Source: Octopus bimaculoides
Lineage: Eukaryota
Direction: 5' to 3'
NCBI RefSeq assembly: GCF_001194135.2
Contig: NC_068982.1
Coordinates: forward strand, 65,707,408 to 65,771,407
DNA length: 64,000 nt
Shown here: positions 26,501 through 37,877 of the stretch, piece by piece
Numbering within the stretch: position 1 is the stretch's first letter
How the letters are laid out: each line of letters starts with the position of its first letter
Program-made: the position numbers and the translations under genes
The notes under the pieces: generated by a model
What the model saw: the letters and a program-made list of their open reading frames with translations, nothing else
The model's database searches: none
What the model was told of the DNA's origin: nothing

Positions 26501-27085
26501 NNNNNNNNNNNNNNNNNNNNNNNNNNNNNNNNNNNNNNNNNNNNNNNNNNNNNNNNNNNNNNNNNNNNNNNNNNNNNNNNNNNNNNNNNNNNNNNNNNNN
26601 NNNNNNNNNNNNNNNNNNNNNNNNNNNNNNNNNNNNNNNNNNNNNNNNNNNNNNNNNNNNNNNNNNNNNNNNNNNNNNNNNNNNNNNNNNNNNNNNNNNN
26701 NNNNNNNNNNNNNNNNNNNNNNNNNNNNNNNNNNNNNNNNNNNNNNNNNNNNNNNNNNNNNNNNNNNNNNNNNNNNNNNNNNNNNNNNNNNNNNNNNNNN
26801 NNNNNNNNNNNNNNNNNNNNNNNNNNNNNNNNNNNNNNNNNNNNNNNNNNNNNNNNNNNNNNNNNNNNNNNNNNNNNNNNNNNNNNNNNNNNNNNNNNNN
26901 NNNNNNNNNNNNNNNNNNNNNNNNNNNNNNNNNNNNNNNNNNNNNNNNNNNNNNNNNNNNNNNNNNNNNNNNNNNNNNNNNNNNNNNNNNNNNNNNNNNN
27001 NNNNNNNNNNNNNNNNNNNNNNNNNNNNNNNNNNNNNNNNNNNNNNNNNNNNNNNNNNNNNNNNNNNNNNNNNNNNNNNNNNNNN
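23597..27085. other. Region containing three assembly gaps (N runs); further gaps near 31.7, 39.4, 58.5 and 62.0 kb
   Basis: N runs seen directly; a non-coding first exon of the Bcl-2 gene could be hidden in them. Confidence 0.95.
25470..25700 (-). mobile_element. Penelope-like 3' remnant
   Basis: RNMEALLINKLKPAPNNRKE* resembles the PLE GIY-YIG C-terminus, followed by a degenerate CTGAAAAAGAGG...CCCGAAG core. Confidence 0.5.
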
Positions 27086-27238
27086 CTTGTCAGTGATTGG
27101 TTGAAATTATCGAAATAAGACAATTTTTTACATGAAATAAATTCGAATACAAAAATATTTTTCTGTTCTATAACACAAAATAGATAAGTATACGAAGTTT
27201 GAAAGTCTTTCAGTACCAAAAACACTACGTAAAACATT

Positions 27239-27541
27239 TGTAGTAACGCCTGCGCATGCGTAGAATTAAAGAAGCAAGCGTTTCCCGCTCAATTCATTCT
27301 CTTTCTCGCTGGCCAGCGATTGAGCATGGACGTGTGTTTAAGCTGTCTCTCTCTACACTAGACAGCTCGCTCTTTTACGGTCGGCCGACCATGAACAGTA
27401 AAGATGTGTTTATATGTTTACCACCTAAATAAAGTGTTGTTTGAGTTGTTTAGTCTGGAGTTCAGCGTTCCGTCTATTTCTTTAATTTTGTAGTTGGAAG
27501 TCAGGTATACAATCTAAAGATGTATAACCCACTTTCTTATA
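27239..27541 (+). mobile_element. Solo LTR-like element (TGT...TATA) with 4-bp TSD CATT
   Basis: CATT at 27235-38 and 27542-45. Shares 'cccgct(c/a)aattcattctctttctcg', 'gagcatggacg' and 'aagctgtctctc' with 12785-13162. Confidence 0.6.
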
Positions 27542-28259
27542 CATTAATGAAAAATGTGGCCCCCGTTTTAAAATAGATCCAAATCGAGTCTGGTGTGAAA
27601 CTAAATAAACTGTTTTTTTTTTTTTTCATATATGGTGGTGTCGAGAAGTAAACGTGCTTCAGATACACTAGTTTATTAATTACGAACGTAACTGAGATGA
27701 AATATGTCATAAATAACAGTAACAAACGAAATATACACCGCCGATAGTTATGTTGACAAATAACGGCAGTTATTTTATTCGGCTGAATACACGTCATTGG
27801 TTAGTTGAAATTATCGAAATACGATAACTTAACACGAAATAACTTCGTAAAGAGAAACTTTTTCTCAACAACGCTACGAGTAAAAGATGTTCAAAATGAC
27901 ACATTCTACCAGTATCTGAAATTTGAAAGTATTTAGTTAAAAAAGAATTAGTTTATCGACTTGCCAATCAAAAGGAAAGGATCCCATATATGTAATCCCC
28001 GACATCTAAAACTTAGGAATTCTAAGAAATGCATTTTCCAAGGTGAGGTGCGAAGTGTATGCGTATTTGTGTACGTTATGTATATATGTGTATTTATGTG
28101 AGTACGTATGTACTGTATGTATAGTCAGTAATTCCCCAAACTTTTTTAGGCTGCTGTTACTTGGCACCCAGGTCACATACCTAGCACCCCCTCATCCTCC
28201 CCACCACAAATTTAGACCACTTTCTACTGCAAATTCAAAACAACTGTATTTCACAAATA

Positions 28260-28456
28260 AAACTTAGGTAAATTTTCAGATTACCACCCGCACGATCTTC
28301 ACTAGGGTGTTAGGGTTAGGGTTTTAGGGTTAGTTTTACGGTTAGGGTTTGGGTTTAGGGTTAGGGACGGAATTCCCTAACCGTAACCGTAACCCTGACC
28401 CTAAAACCCTAGTGAAAATCGTGCGGGTGTTAATCAGAAAAAATACCAAAACTTAA
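28260..28456. repeat. Palindromic MITE with TTAGGG-like arms around gggacggaattccc
   Basis: attaccacccgcacgatcttcactagggt... pairs with ...accctagtgaaaatcgtgcgggtgttaat. Confidence 0.8.
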
Positions 28457-29326
28457 GCCTAATTAACCTATTAATGTTTTTTTTTTACATCTGCAGCAGA
28501 GTTTGTACCTAAATAGGTCAGCTCCTGTCCATTTGAAGTCCGCCTGACATGGCCTTAGGTCGAAGGTTAAAGAGAGATGATCAATCACTTTTTGACAGGA
28601 CAAAGAAAAACCTGTTTTCGCTCCTGTTGATCGTGGTGGTTTGAACGACCGAGAATTCTTAGATTCGGTTTCGAATCTAGGCCTGGAGATGGAAGTGTCA
28701 ATTTTTGCACATCTATCACCCTATTATCATCCCACTTTCCACCGCCCCCTCCAAGGGGACAGTACTGCCCACTTTGGGAACCACTGATGTAAGAGCATGA
28801 GTGTGTGCGTGCGGATGTGTTTACTCTTTAAATATGTCTAGAAGGCGACGTACTGATAGAATTGTTAGCACACTAGGCAAAATGCTTCGCAGCATTTCTT
28901 CTGGCTTTATATTCTGAGTTCCAATGCTTCCAAGATCGATTTTGCCTTTCATCCTTTCGCCAGTTGAGCACTTATTTTACTTACCCCGAAATTGGTGGCC
29001 TCGTGCCTATAGTAGAAATGACGACAGATGTCAGCGATAGGTAGCGCACACGAGTTGAAATTTCTGTTTTGATGGGGACTTCTCAGCCTTTTTTCACACA
29101 TCTTTTCACTCATCTTTTTTTTTTTTAGCAAAAACAAGTTTAAAAAAACTGTTTCTCGCTTGTCCAGGTGGTCTTTCATTCTCAGTATTCTCGTTAGCTA
29201 CATGGTCTTTGTGCATCCTGTGGTTATGTACGGTGGCCGGGAACAAAATTTGCTTAGGGGGTGCAAACCTAGGTCCAAAAATTTTTATGAACAAGGTGGA
29301 TTTTTCCAATCTTGATATCAAAACAA

Positions 29327-29357
<31 letters not shown>

Positions 29358-29454
29358 GACATACACACATAGACACACACACACACACACACACACAAAA
29401 TATGGAGGTACGCTGGATAAGTGCTGGGATCTCTCTGATTTGGCGGACACCATT

Positions 29455-30390
29455 TGTTTCTTAACGAAACACTTTCAAACTTGGGATACTGGTAGAATGT
29501 GTCATATAAAACATCTTTTCCTCTTAGCCTTGTTAAGAAAAATTTCTATATTCCAAGTTATTTCATGTTAAAAGTTGTCGTATTTCGGTAATTTCAACCA
29601 ATCACTGACTTCTATTGAGGTAAAAACAATTACTGCTGTGGTTTGTCAACAACACGTTCTCGCGGTGTAATGGGGGTCTTTTCCCTTGAATAAAATTAGT
29701 GCTGTTGTTTGTCAACAACAACTATCTGTGGTACTGTTATTTATGACATCGTTCGTGTGTTTGTACTGGTTTTAGCTTTAGGGTTTTAGGGTTAGGGTTA
29801 AGGTTATGAGTATTTTTGCCAAATTTGGTAAAAATCTGTTCAACAATTCTTCGGTAATTTTCTATGTACTGTGTACTCAGTAGCGCATTTTCTAAATGAT
29901 GGTAGAGTTTGATTTGAGGAAGATTTGGCTGCTATTTCTAGGAAGAAATGTTTGGAAGCCCTTTCTTTCAACTATTTTGTTGGCTTGATTCCCTTATTAG
30001 CTATTATTCAATCAACTGAAACAAGTAGAATAGTATAATTCAAGCATATTGGCAGTAGCTAATAAACCTTTCTATTATAGGCACAAGGCCTGGTTTTTGA
30101 GGGAAGGAGTAAGTCAATTATATTAATCCCAGTGCATAACTGGTGCTTAATTCAAAAGGATTACCAGGGAATAACGATATATACACCGCCACAAATTATT
30201 GTTGACAAAGAACAGCAGTAACTATATTCAGCTGAATAGACATCAGTGATTGGTTGAAATTACCGAAATGCAACAATTTTTAACATGAAATAACTTCAAA
30301 TATAAATTTTTTTCTCTGTTCTATAAGACAAAATATACAAGTATACGAAGTTTTAAAGTGTTTCGGTAGAAAACACACTAAATAAAAAAT
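29455..30390. mobile_element. Foldback/MITE family copy with an inserted SINE fragment; related arms at 27085-27238 and 27690-27950
   Basis: Inverted arms 'ttcaaccaatcactgac...' / '...cagtgattggttgaaattaccgaaa' and internal ttagggttttagggttagggtt. Confidence 0.7.
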
Positions 30391-30803
30391 GTTGTCCGCC
30401 AAATCAGAAAGATTCTAACATAGAAACGTAAAAACACACACAACTACACATACGTGATCTGTAACAACAACATACACACATCAACATTACAGATATAAGA
30501 TTTAGTTTGTGTGTTTCTTATGTAAACACGCGCACGCATTGCTATTTTATAACTGTCTTCCGTGCTCCCTTCCTCTCTTTCTCTTCATTGCTTCCGTTCT
30601 CTATTCCTTTCTCTCCCTTTCCCTCTTCTCTCTCGCTCTCTCAAACGCACGCACGCGCATGTACACACAAGCATTCACTACAATATAACTAGATCTTACT
30701 TTACTACATGTTCGTCAATGTTTTGTAAATATACAAACTACGAAGCTTATGTGGACAGGACAACACATTGAAAATCAGTGAACTTCATTAGAAATGTGAA
30801 AAC

Positions 30804-31019
30804 GGCGATCTTACGTTACCAGTTCCAAAGCTGACACTTAAACCACGTGTGTGTTTATTTACATCACATCGGTCTTTTCCGTAAAAGGGTTTTAGGGTTA
30901 GGGTGAGGGACAGAATTCCCTATCTAACCCTAAAACTCTTTTACGGAAAAGGCCGATGTGATGTAAATAAACACACGTGTTTTAAGTGACAGCTTTGGAA
31001 CTGATAACGTAAGATCGCC
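30804..31019. repeat. Palindromic MITE (about 100-bp arms) with TTAGGG-like core around gggacagaattccc
   Basis: ggcgatcttacgttaccagttccaaagctg... pairs with ...cagctttggaactgataacgtaagatcgcc. Confidence 0.85.
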
Positions 31020-31379
31020 ATGAAAACTACCCACCCTGCCATCTGTTTTAACTTTTTGTTGTTTTGTTTAATATATACATAGATTATGCCTTCAAAAAAG
31101 AGAGCTTGCTGGGGAAAGAAAGCAACCGGTTTAAAAAGACAGCAACAGACTGCAGCAATTCACCACATTCCAGAAGCTACTTTGAACATAATGCAAAATG
31201 GTGCATCAACATCTACTGCTCAATTTGATAGAATTCTGGCAGAACTGTGTAGCAATAGATCGCCAGCAATTCTTTCATCAGAAATTGCCGTCCTAGCTCC
31301 TGCGAAAAGGGATTACCCTGCTATGTATAATCAGGGCAGCACAAAAAGTTGTTTTGCACAAGCATTTGCATAGCCAATT

Positions 31380-31595
31380 AGACGGATGAAATTTACGTAC
31401 GCTTAATAATGTTACGCAAAACAGCCTTCAGACATTCCCTATTAATTGCATCGTCGTTTGAATTATGAACATATTTACATCATAGGGGTTTTTACGTTGT
31501 AAGGCTTTCTTTTTTTAGTTGATTTTCACCTAGCAAGACTTATCGTAGATGGCGTAATAAGTCACACCCGGACAAAGTCGGGTTATACTGCTAGT
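31380..31595 (+). mobile_element. Helitron-like 3' end
   Basis: cccggacaaagtcgggttatactgCTAG|t, matching the terminus at 14218. Confidence 0.55.
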
Positions 31596-32362
31596 AAACC
31601 AATAAATTAGAAGTTAACAGCTTTTAAATTTTGCAAATTTCTAGTAAGTTTAGCCGATCGTAAGCCAGNNNNNNNNNNNNNNNNNNNNNNNNNNNNNNNN
31701 NNNNNNNNNNNNNNNNNNNNNNNNNNNNNNNNNNNNNNNNNNNNNNNNNNNNNNNNNNNNNNNNNNNNNNNNNNNNNNNNNNNNNNNNNNNNNNNNNNNN
31801 NNNNNNNNNNNNNNNNNNNNNNNNNNNNNNNNNNNNNNNNNNNNNNNNNNNNNNNNNNNNNNNNNNNNNNNNNNNNNNNNNNNNNNNNNNNNNNNNNNNN
31901 NNNNNNNNNNNNNNNNNNNNNNNNNNNNNNNNNNNNNNNNNNNNNNNNNNNNNNNNNNNNNNNNNNNNNNNNNNNNNNNNNNNNNNNNNNNNNNNNNNNN
32001 NNNNNNNNNNNNNNNNNNNNNNNNNNNNNNNNNNNNNNNNNNNNNNNNNNNNNNNNNNNNNNNNNNNNNNNNNNNNNNNNTTTTTAAAATTTTATGGGAA
32101 AAAGTGACATATTTCCTGAGATTCAGCTTTGAAATGTGAAACTAACGGTTTAAGAAATACTCCCTAATTTAAATTTTATGAATAGAATTAACCTAGTGTT
32201 TTCATAATCCAGCTATCTGGGTACTCGCGTATCCGCGCTAGCTAGTCGTGACTAGTCGATCCTACAACGACAAGCTAGAGCGGATACGCAAAACATATAT
32301 GAGGGTTTTTTTTAAAAACAAAGTAAATTTTTTTTTTTTGTTGAATCTTCCCCATCTTACTC

Positions 32363-32545
32363 TTAAAACGTCGTTTTACGTTCTTCCAGGGTGTATTTTG
32401 GTGTCATATCTATTTCAGTAATCCCATTGTTCGCACTCCAACAATCAGAATATACAGTCGTCCCTGGTTCGATGATGTGATGTAAATAAACACACGTGGA
32501 AAAAGTGATAGCTTTGGCACTGGTATCGTAAGATCGCCAAAAACT
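32363..32545 (-). mobile_element. Merlin/ISXO2(IS1595)-like transposase fragment fused to the MITE arm sequence
   Basis: HIIEPGTTVYSDCWSANNGI resembles the xxPGTxIxSDxWxAY motif. The adjacent DNA matches the arm of 30804-31019. Confidence 0.6.
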
Positions 32546-32899
32546 GTAGTGTTTGTGAAGAGAGGTCACCGGAGATTGTGAGACCTAGTAAACATTTGTA
32601 CCATTTTTTTTAAAAGGTTTGTTATTGTTATTTAGACTCATGTTAGTTCTGACTGAACTAAAACCTTTTAGTCATGACAATATCGTCATTTTTAAGACGG
32701 TAGGACATGATTCGGGGGACATGTAACTGTTATTTCTGGCAGGTCGACCAATCACAGAGTTTTCAGTTCATCGAAATAGTAAGTTTTGAGTGTATATTTA
32801 TAAAATATTTGGCAACTTCTGACAAAAGGGAAAGAAGTTCACACAGAAATTCCAAATTGAAATATTTTTATTAACCCACTCTATTTGTCAATAACAAAA

Positions 32900-33370
32900 A
32901 TAAATCTAGAGAATCTTAGATAAAGCTGACATTCTTCTTCTTGCCCTTAACCCCCCAACGCGGAGTATAGGCCACTTATAATTGAATTCCATGTCGCATA
33001 ATTTCTCGCTTCTGTACTTTACCATGAATGTCCCCCTTTCTTCTAGTTCCTTTTGTGTTGATCTACGCCACGAGTTCATAGGCCTACCCCTCTTTCTATA
33101 TCCATCCGGATTCCACTGTAAAGCACTTTTCGCTGCATTTTGGTGTGTCCTTTCTAATCGTGCTACCAATCCACTTCCACTTTTTCTTAAATATTTGCTC
33201 CCTAATCGAAACTTGATTCGTTCTTTGCCATAGCTCCATATTGCTTATGTGTTCGGGCCATCTGATTTTAAGTATACTACGCAAGCACCTGTTGATGAAT
33301 GATTGTATTTGCTTATTTGACTTAACTGTTGTACTCCATGTCTCAGCCCCATACAATAACACCGCTTTTA
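32900..33370 (-). mobile_element. LINE (RTE-like) 3' fragment
   Basis: LLYGAETW...FINRCLRSILKIRWPEHISN; ALQWNPDGYRKRGRP. Confidence 0.8.
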
Positions 33371-33374
33371 CGTA

Positions 33375-33835
33375 AGTAAATATCGTTAATCGTTGTCATA
33401 AAAGCAAAGCATTCCACCAATATTCAATATAATACACACGTGCGCCAAAAAGAATCAAATAAATGTAAAGCAACTTGTTGGCACTCCGTCGCTTACGACG
33501 TCGAGGGTTCCAGATAATCCGATCAACAGAACAGCCTGCTCGTGAAATTAACGTGCAAGTGGCTGAGCACTCCACAGACACGTGTACCCTTAACGTAGTT
33601 CTCGGGGATATTCAGCGTGACACAGTGTGACAAGGCTGATCCTTTGAATTACAGGCACAACAGAAACAAGAAGTAAGAGTGAGAGAAAGTTGTGGTGGAA
33701 GAGTACAGCAGGGTTCGCCACCATCCCCTGCCGGAGCCTCGTGGAGCTTTTTTTAGGTGTTTTCGCTCTATAAACACTCACAACGCCCGGTCTGGGAATC
33801 GAAACCGCGATCCTATGACCGCGAGTCCGCTGCCC
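33375..33835 (-). mobile_element. Young CpG-rich tRNA-derived SINE just upstream of the ferredoxin start
   Basis: Head ggttagggcagcggactcgcggtcataggatcgcggtttcgattcccagacc (tRNA-like). Decayed body copies at about 42590-42720 and 43380-43540. Confidence 0.7.
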
Positions 33836-34218
33836 TAACCCTAGAATACTATAAATATAAATCTATAAAATGCTGAGTTGGTTAAATAGCGAAATCATCT
33901 TAAGTTGCAGGGGTTCTGTTAATGACGAGCGTATGAAAAGAAGCTATGTTATTAGTGGGTGGATTACAAGCGAACTGAGATTATAAAGTATTTTGTTTTT
34001 ATATAAAATTACACTACATCAGTTTTCACGACTTCCACGAGAAAATTTAAATGCAAGTTACAAATATTTGCATAGGACAAAATTTGTTGCAACACCGCTT
34101 ATTCCATATAGCATTGTAGCTATATAACATTGTTTTGAGAGTCGTCCTTCCTTTCGATTAGGCTCAACTTTTGGAGAACCAAACCAATATCAGACTAAAT
34201 TTACGTATTACCCTTCTG

Positions 34219-34355
34219 ATGTCCAGATTTGTCGCAGTGGCCTTCCGCTCAGCATGTCGCCTTTTGAATACTTCTCGACCCCTGACCTCCAAACGTGACA
34301 CACAGTACACGAGTGTAAGGAATTTCCTCGTAACACAATCAAAAACCAAGGACAA
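34219..34355 (+). CDS. FDX1: Mitochondrial ferredoxin (adrenodoxin-like), coding exon 1: targeting presequence
   Basis: MSRFVAVAFRSACRLLNTSRPLTSKRDTQYTSVRNFLVTQSKTKD aa|gtaagt is rich in Arg/Ser/Thr and nearly free of acidic residues. Its phase-2 donor joins either exon 2 copy to give K-I/V-T. Confidence 0.8.
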
Positions 34356-34453
34356 GTAAGTAATAACGTGTGTGTGTACATAAACTTTTTCCTTGAAATT
34401 TCTATACTTTTATTTTCAACATATGTGTATTGAAGGACACCGAAACATAGTGA

Positions 34454-34499
<46 letters not shown>

Positions 34500-34645
34500 C
34501 TTTATATATATGTATACCAAAATATTGCGTTGACCTATCCCTTTAGGTGCTCAACTTCACATAAAATTTCTTCCTTTCACTTCAATTTTATCAAGATACT
34601 GAGACATGGAAATCTTTCTGAATTGATGGGCACCACCTTTCATTT

Positions 34646-35260
34646 ATGTTTTATGTAGTATTTTTGGTACCGATAAAAATTTTTGTATTCGAAGTTATTT
34701 CATGTAAAAAATTGTTGTATTTCGGTACTTTCAACCAATCACTGACGTCTATTGAGGTGAAAACAATTACTGCTGTGAATTGTGAACACCAAGTTGTTCG
34801 GTGTAATGGGATCTTTTCCCTTGAATAAAATTAATGCCGTCGTTTGTCAACAACTATCAGCGGTACTGTTATTTATAACATCGTTCGTGCGTTTGTACTG
34901 GTTTTAGCTTTAGGGTTCGGGTTTTAGAGTTAGGGTTATGATTATTTTTGCCCTAACCCTAAAACCCAAAACCTAAGCCTAAAACCTTTTACCCTTACTA
35001 GGGAATAACTATTTAATTACCAAGGGATAACTATCTTGACACCGGCAAAAAGTATTGTTTACAAAAACAGCAGTAACTGCATTCAGCTGAATAGACGTCA
35101 TTGATTGGTTGAAATTACAGAAATACGACAATTTTAACATGAAATAACTTGCAATATTGAAATTTTTGTTAAGAAGGCTAAGAGAAAAATATGTTTTATA
35201 TGACACATTCTACCAGTATCCCAAGTTTGAAAGTGTTTCGTTAAGAAAACCAGTGGTGCC
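34646..35260. mobile_element. Foldback MITE with central TTAGGG/CCCTAA-like repeats in ferredoxin intron 1
   Basis: Inverted arms (ttcaaccaatcactgacgtctatt / aatagacgtcattgattggttgaa) and central ttagggtt...ccctaaccctaaaacc. Confidence 0.75.
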
Positions 35261-37157
35261 CGTCAATTCAGAAATATCCGAGGCCCGTTGAAAAGAAAAT
35301 TTTGGAAGTCGTTCCCTTGTTTTTTAACTTCCTTTTTCTCTTTGACTACACACACACACGTTTTGTTTTTATGTCGAGTTATAATGCTTAAGTAATGTCA
35401 GCTTTATCTAAGAATTGTCTAGTTTTATTTGTGTTATTGACAAAGAGAGCCTGTTAATAAAATTAAACTTAAAAATTACTCAATACTTTTTTTGGAGTAC
35501 ATATTTTGATACTTTTTATAAGACGGTGGCAGGGATTTTAAAGTTTCGACTTGTTGATCTTTGTCGGACGTTTTGACGAATGCTGAGAGGCCGAAACTTC
35601 GAAATCACTATCACTTTTTGTATATTGTGTTTGTGTACACACGCACACACACACACACGCACGCGCGCGTGCACACTCACACACATCTTGTTTCAGACAT
35701 TTGACTGCAGCCATACTGGGGCACCACATTGAAGGGTTTTAGTCGAACAAATCAATCCCTGGAGTTTTTTTTTTAAAGCTTAGTACTTATTCTATTAGGG
35801 TTTTTTTGCCGAACTGTTGTGTGCACATAAAAAAGAACTTATTTATTAACAGAAAAGTATGCTGTTGAATGAAAAGTTTTTTCAAATACCCCTCCTCCAT
35901 CCTTCACTTCTGTTTATAATTTTAAAGTATTAGAGATCCTGATAAGGTCATTCCTTTGATTTATCCACTGTGATTTAAAAAAAGGTATGTAAAAGATAAT
36001 TTATTTTAATAGCATACTTCCCTGTTAGTATGTTTTTCCATTCACAGACTGCTTTGTGTGGTGGTAGTGGTGTTTAGAAATTTAATTTTCAAAATTTTTC
36101 ATCTAAATCTCCCTTAAATCACACACTTTTTTTTTTTTTTTTTTTATCTGAAAAGGCTTCTCCCATTGTTTTTAAGGACATAGTACAACAACAAAAAAAT
36201 TGGTCAAAATCAGTTCAGATAGTGAGGGGGTCAAAATGGAGAAATTGCAACTTATGTGGGTGTCCTTATCTGAAACTCCACTATTTACGTATTATATTTG
36301 ACTAATTTGAGTGTTAAAGGGTTAAGTGATTAATAGATGTTTGAAGTAAATTCGGTTAATAAAGCCTCTCCTATGAAACTAACATTTGACCCTAGACAGA
36401 ATCATAATGGATGTATATGTCTTTACCTCATTTTTATTGTGAAATACTTAGATTATATGTCCGAGTCAGATTACATTTATGTTCTTTTTCTTTTCTTTTT
36501 TTTTTTTACATTATATTTCTCTTCCTCTTTCCTTTCTTAAATATTATAATTATTAACTATTAATTGGTGAACTCTATGAAAATGTATCATATTTTCCCTA
36601 AAATTCTGGTTGGCCTGGTGTAATTTTATAAATATTAGTACAAAGTAATAATGCATACAGCCATCCACTGTTCAGTACCTCTCTGTCAGCCCTTACACCC
36701 ATTGATCATTTTCTCTTTCCCTTCACATACATTTTCTTATCATATTGACACCACTTAACATATTAGCTCTTTTCATTTCTTTTTTGTTGTTGTTTGTTCT
36801 CTCTCTCTCAGTATAATTATTAATCGAATTAAATATTAACCAGTAAACTCGATGAAAGTGTCTTATTTTCTTCCAAATTTATGTCTAGACATGGAGTCAT
36901 ATTGTATTTCAGTATCTCTATAACTATGAGTTAATGATGCATTTAACCGTCATTTATGACTATATTCACTCCCTGCCTCTACTACGTGACCTCGGAATTC
37001 CTGGAGAAGGGAGAGCACTCAGTATGATCTAAAAATAAATGTACGTTTATGTCAGGTCAGAGACCTAGTAACTAGAGGCCTTTTACTAATAATCATATAA
37101 GCTCATACAACCTGTGTCTGTCGGCAACTAAACCAGGAACCCAACAGTCATTCACTT

Positions 37158-37194
<37 letters not shown>

Positions 37195-37561
37195 GTGCAT
37201 ATACATGTGTATGTAAAAGAACATTTACATTTGAGTGTGTAGAAGTGTTCAGATTAATGTCTGGGTGCGCAGTAAAACCACTTTGAGAGGAAAAATTCCC
37301 AAATCATGCCCCTACTGATTTGTGGGCAATCTTTTTATTGGAAAAGTGTAGGAAAAGCTCTCTCATAAAATCTGCCATTGAAATAGTTCCCAGTCACTTT
37401 ACTCCTGTTTGTCACTGGATATTTAATTGTAGTCCCACTAAGAGGGACTTAAGCTAACTGGCTAATATATATTTAATTATAGATACTCACTGGGTGGAGT
37501 ATGTGTCATACAAACACACATTGCAATAATCCATTAATGTACAGGTCTACATTAGGTACTA

Positions 37562-37877
37562 GGGTGGAGTGAAAAAAAAAAAAAAATGTGGAAATTGAAA
37601 ATGCCTGAGGGCTAAAATGTTATGTTTGATTACTAGAAAAATGCTATATTTTCTTCGAGATCGATCAAGGGCATTTACTCCCTCAAGCCCCCTAAACTCC
37701 AAAAATGGGGGACTTTTGTAAATTTTTTACAATAGCAGAGTTTGGGGTATTTGAGGGAGTAAATGCCCATGACTGATCTAAGCAAAAATTTTGCATTTTT
37801 CTAGTAATCAAATACAGCAACATTTTAGCCTCCAGACATTTTCAATTTCCACAATTTTTTTTGTTTTCACTCCACCC
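37562..37877. mobile_element. MITE with long TIRs, flanked by TA
   Basis: ta|gggtggagtgaaaa...ttttcactccaccc|ta; the arms pair over roughly 140 bp. Confidence 0.8.

Noticed and set aside
23547-27237. Long ORFs in the track spanning N runs (also near 39.3, 58.4 and 61.9 kb)
   Set aside because: Artefacts of assembly gaps and dinucleotide microsatellites.
28300-28420. Ancient telomere-telomere fusion site
   Set aside because: The same geometry recurs in several short palindromic elements with non-telomeric arms; a MITE origin explains it better.
35572-35605. ttGACGA-atgc-tgagag-gcc-GAAAC hammerhead-like string
   Set aside because: The core C is missing and stems I and III do not form.
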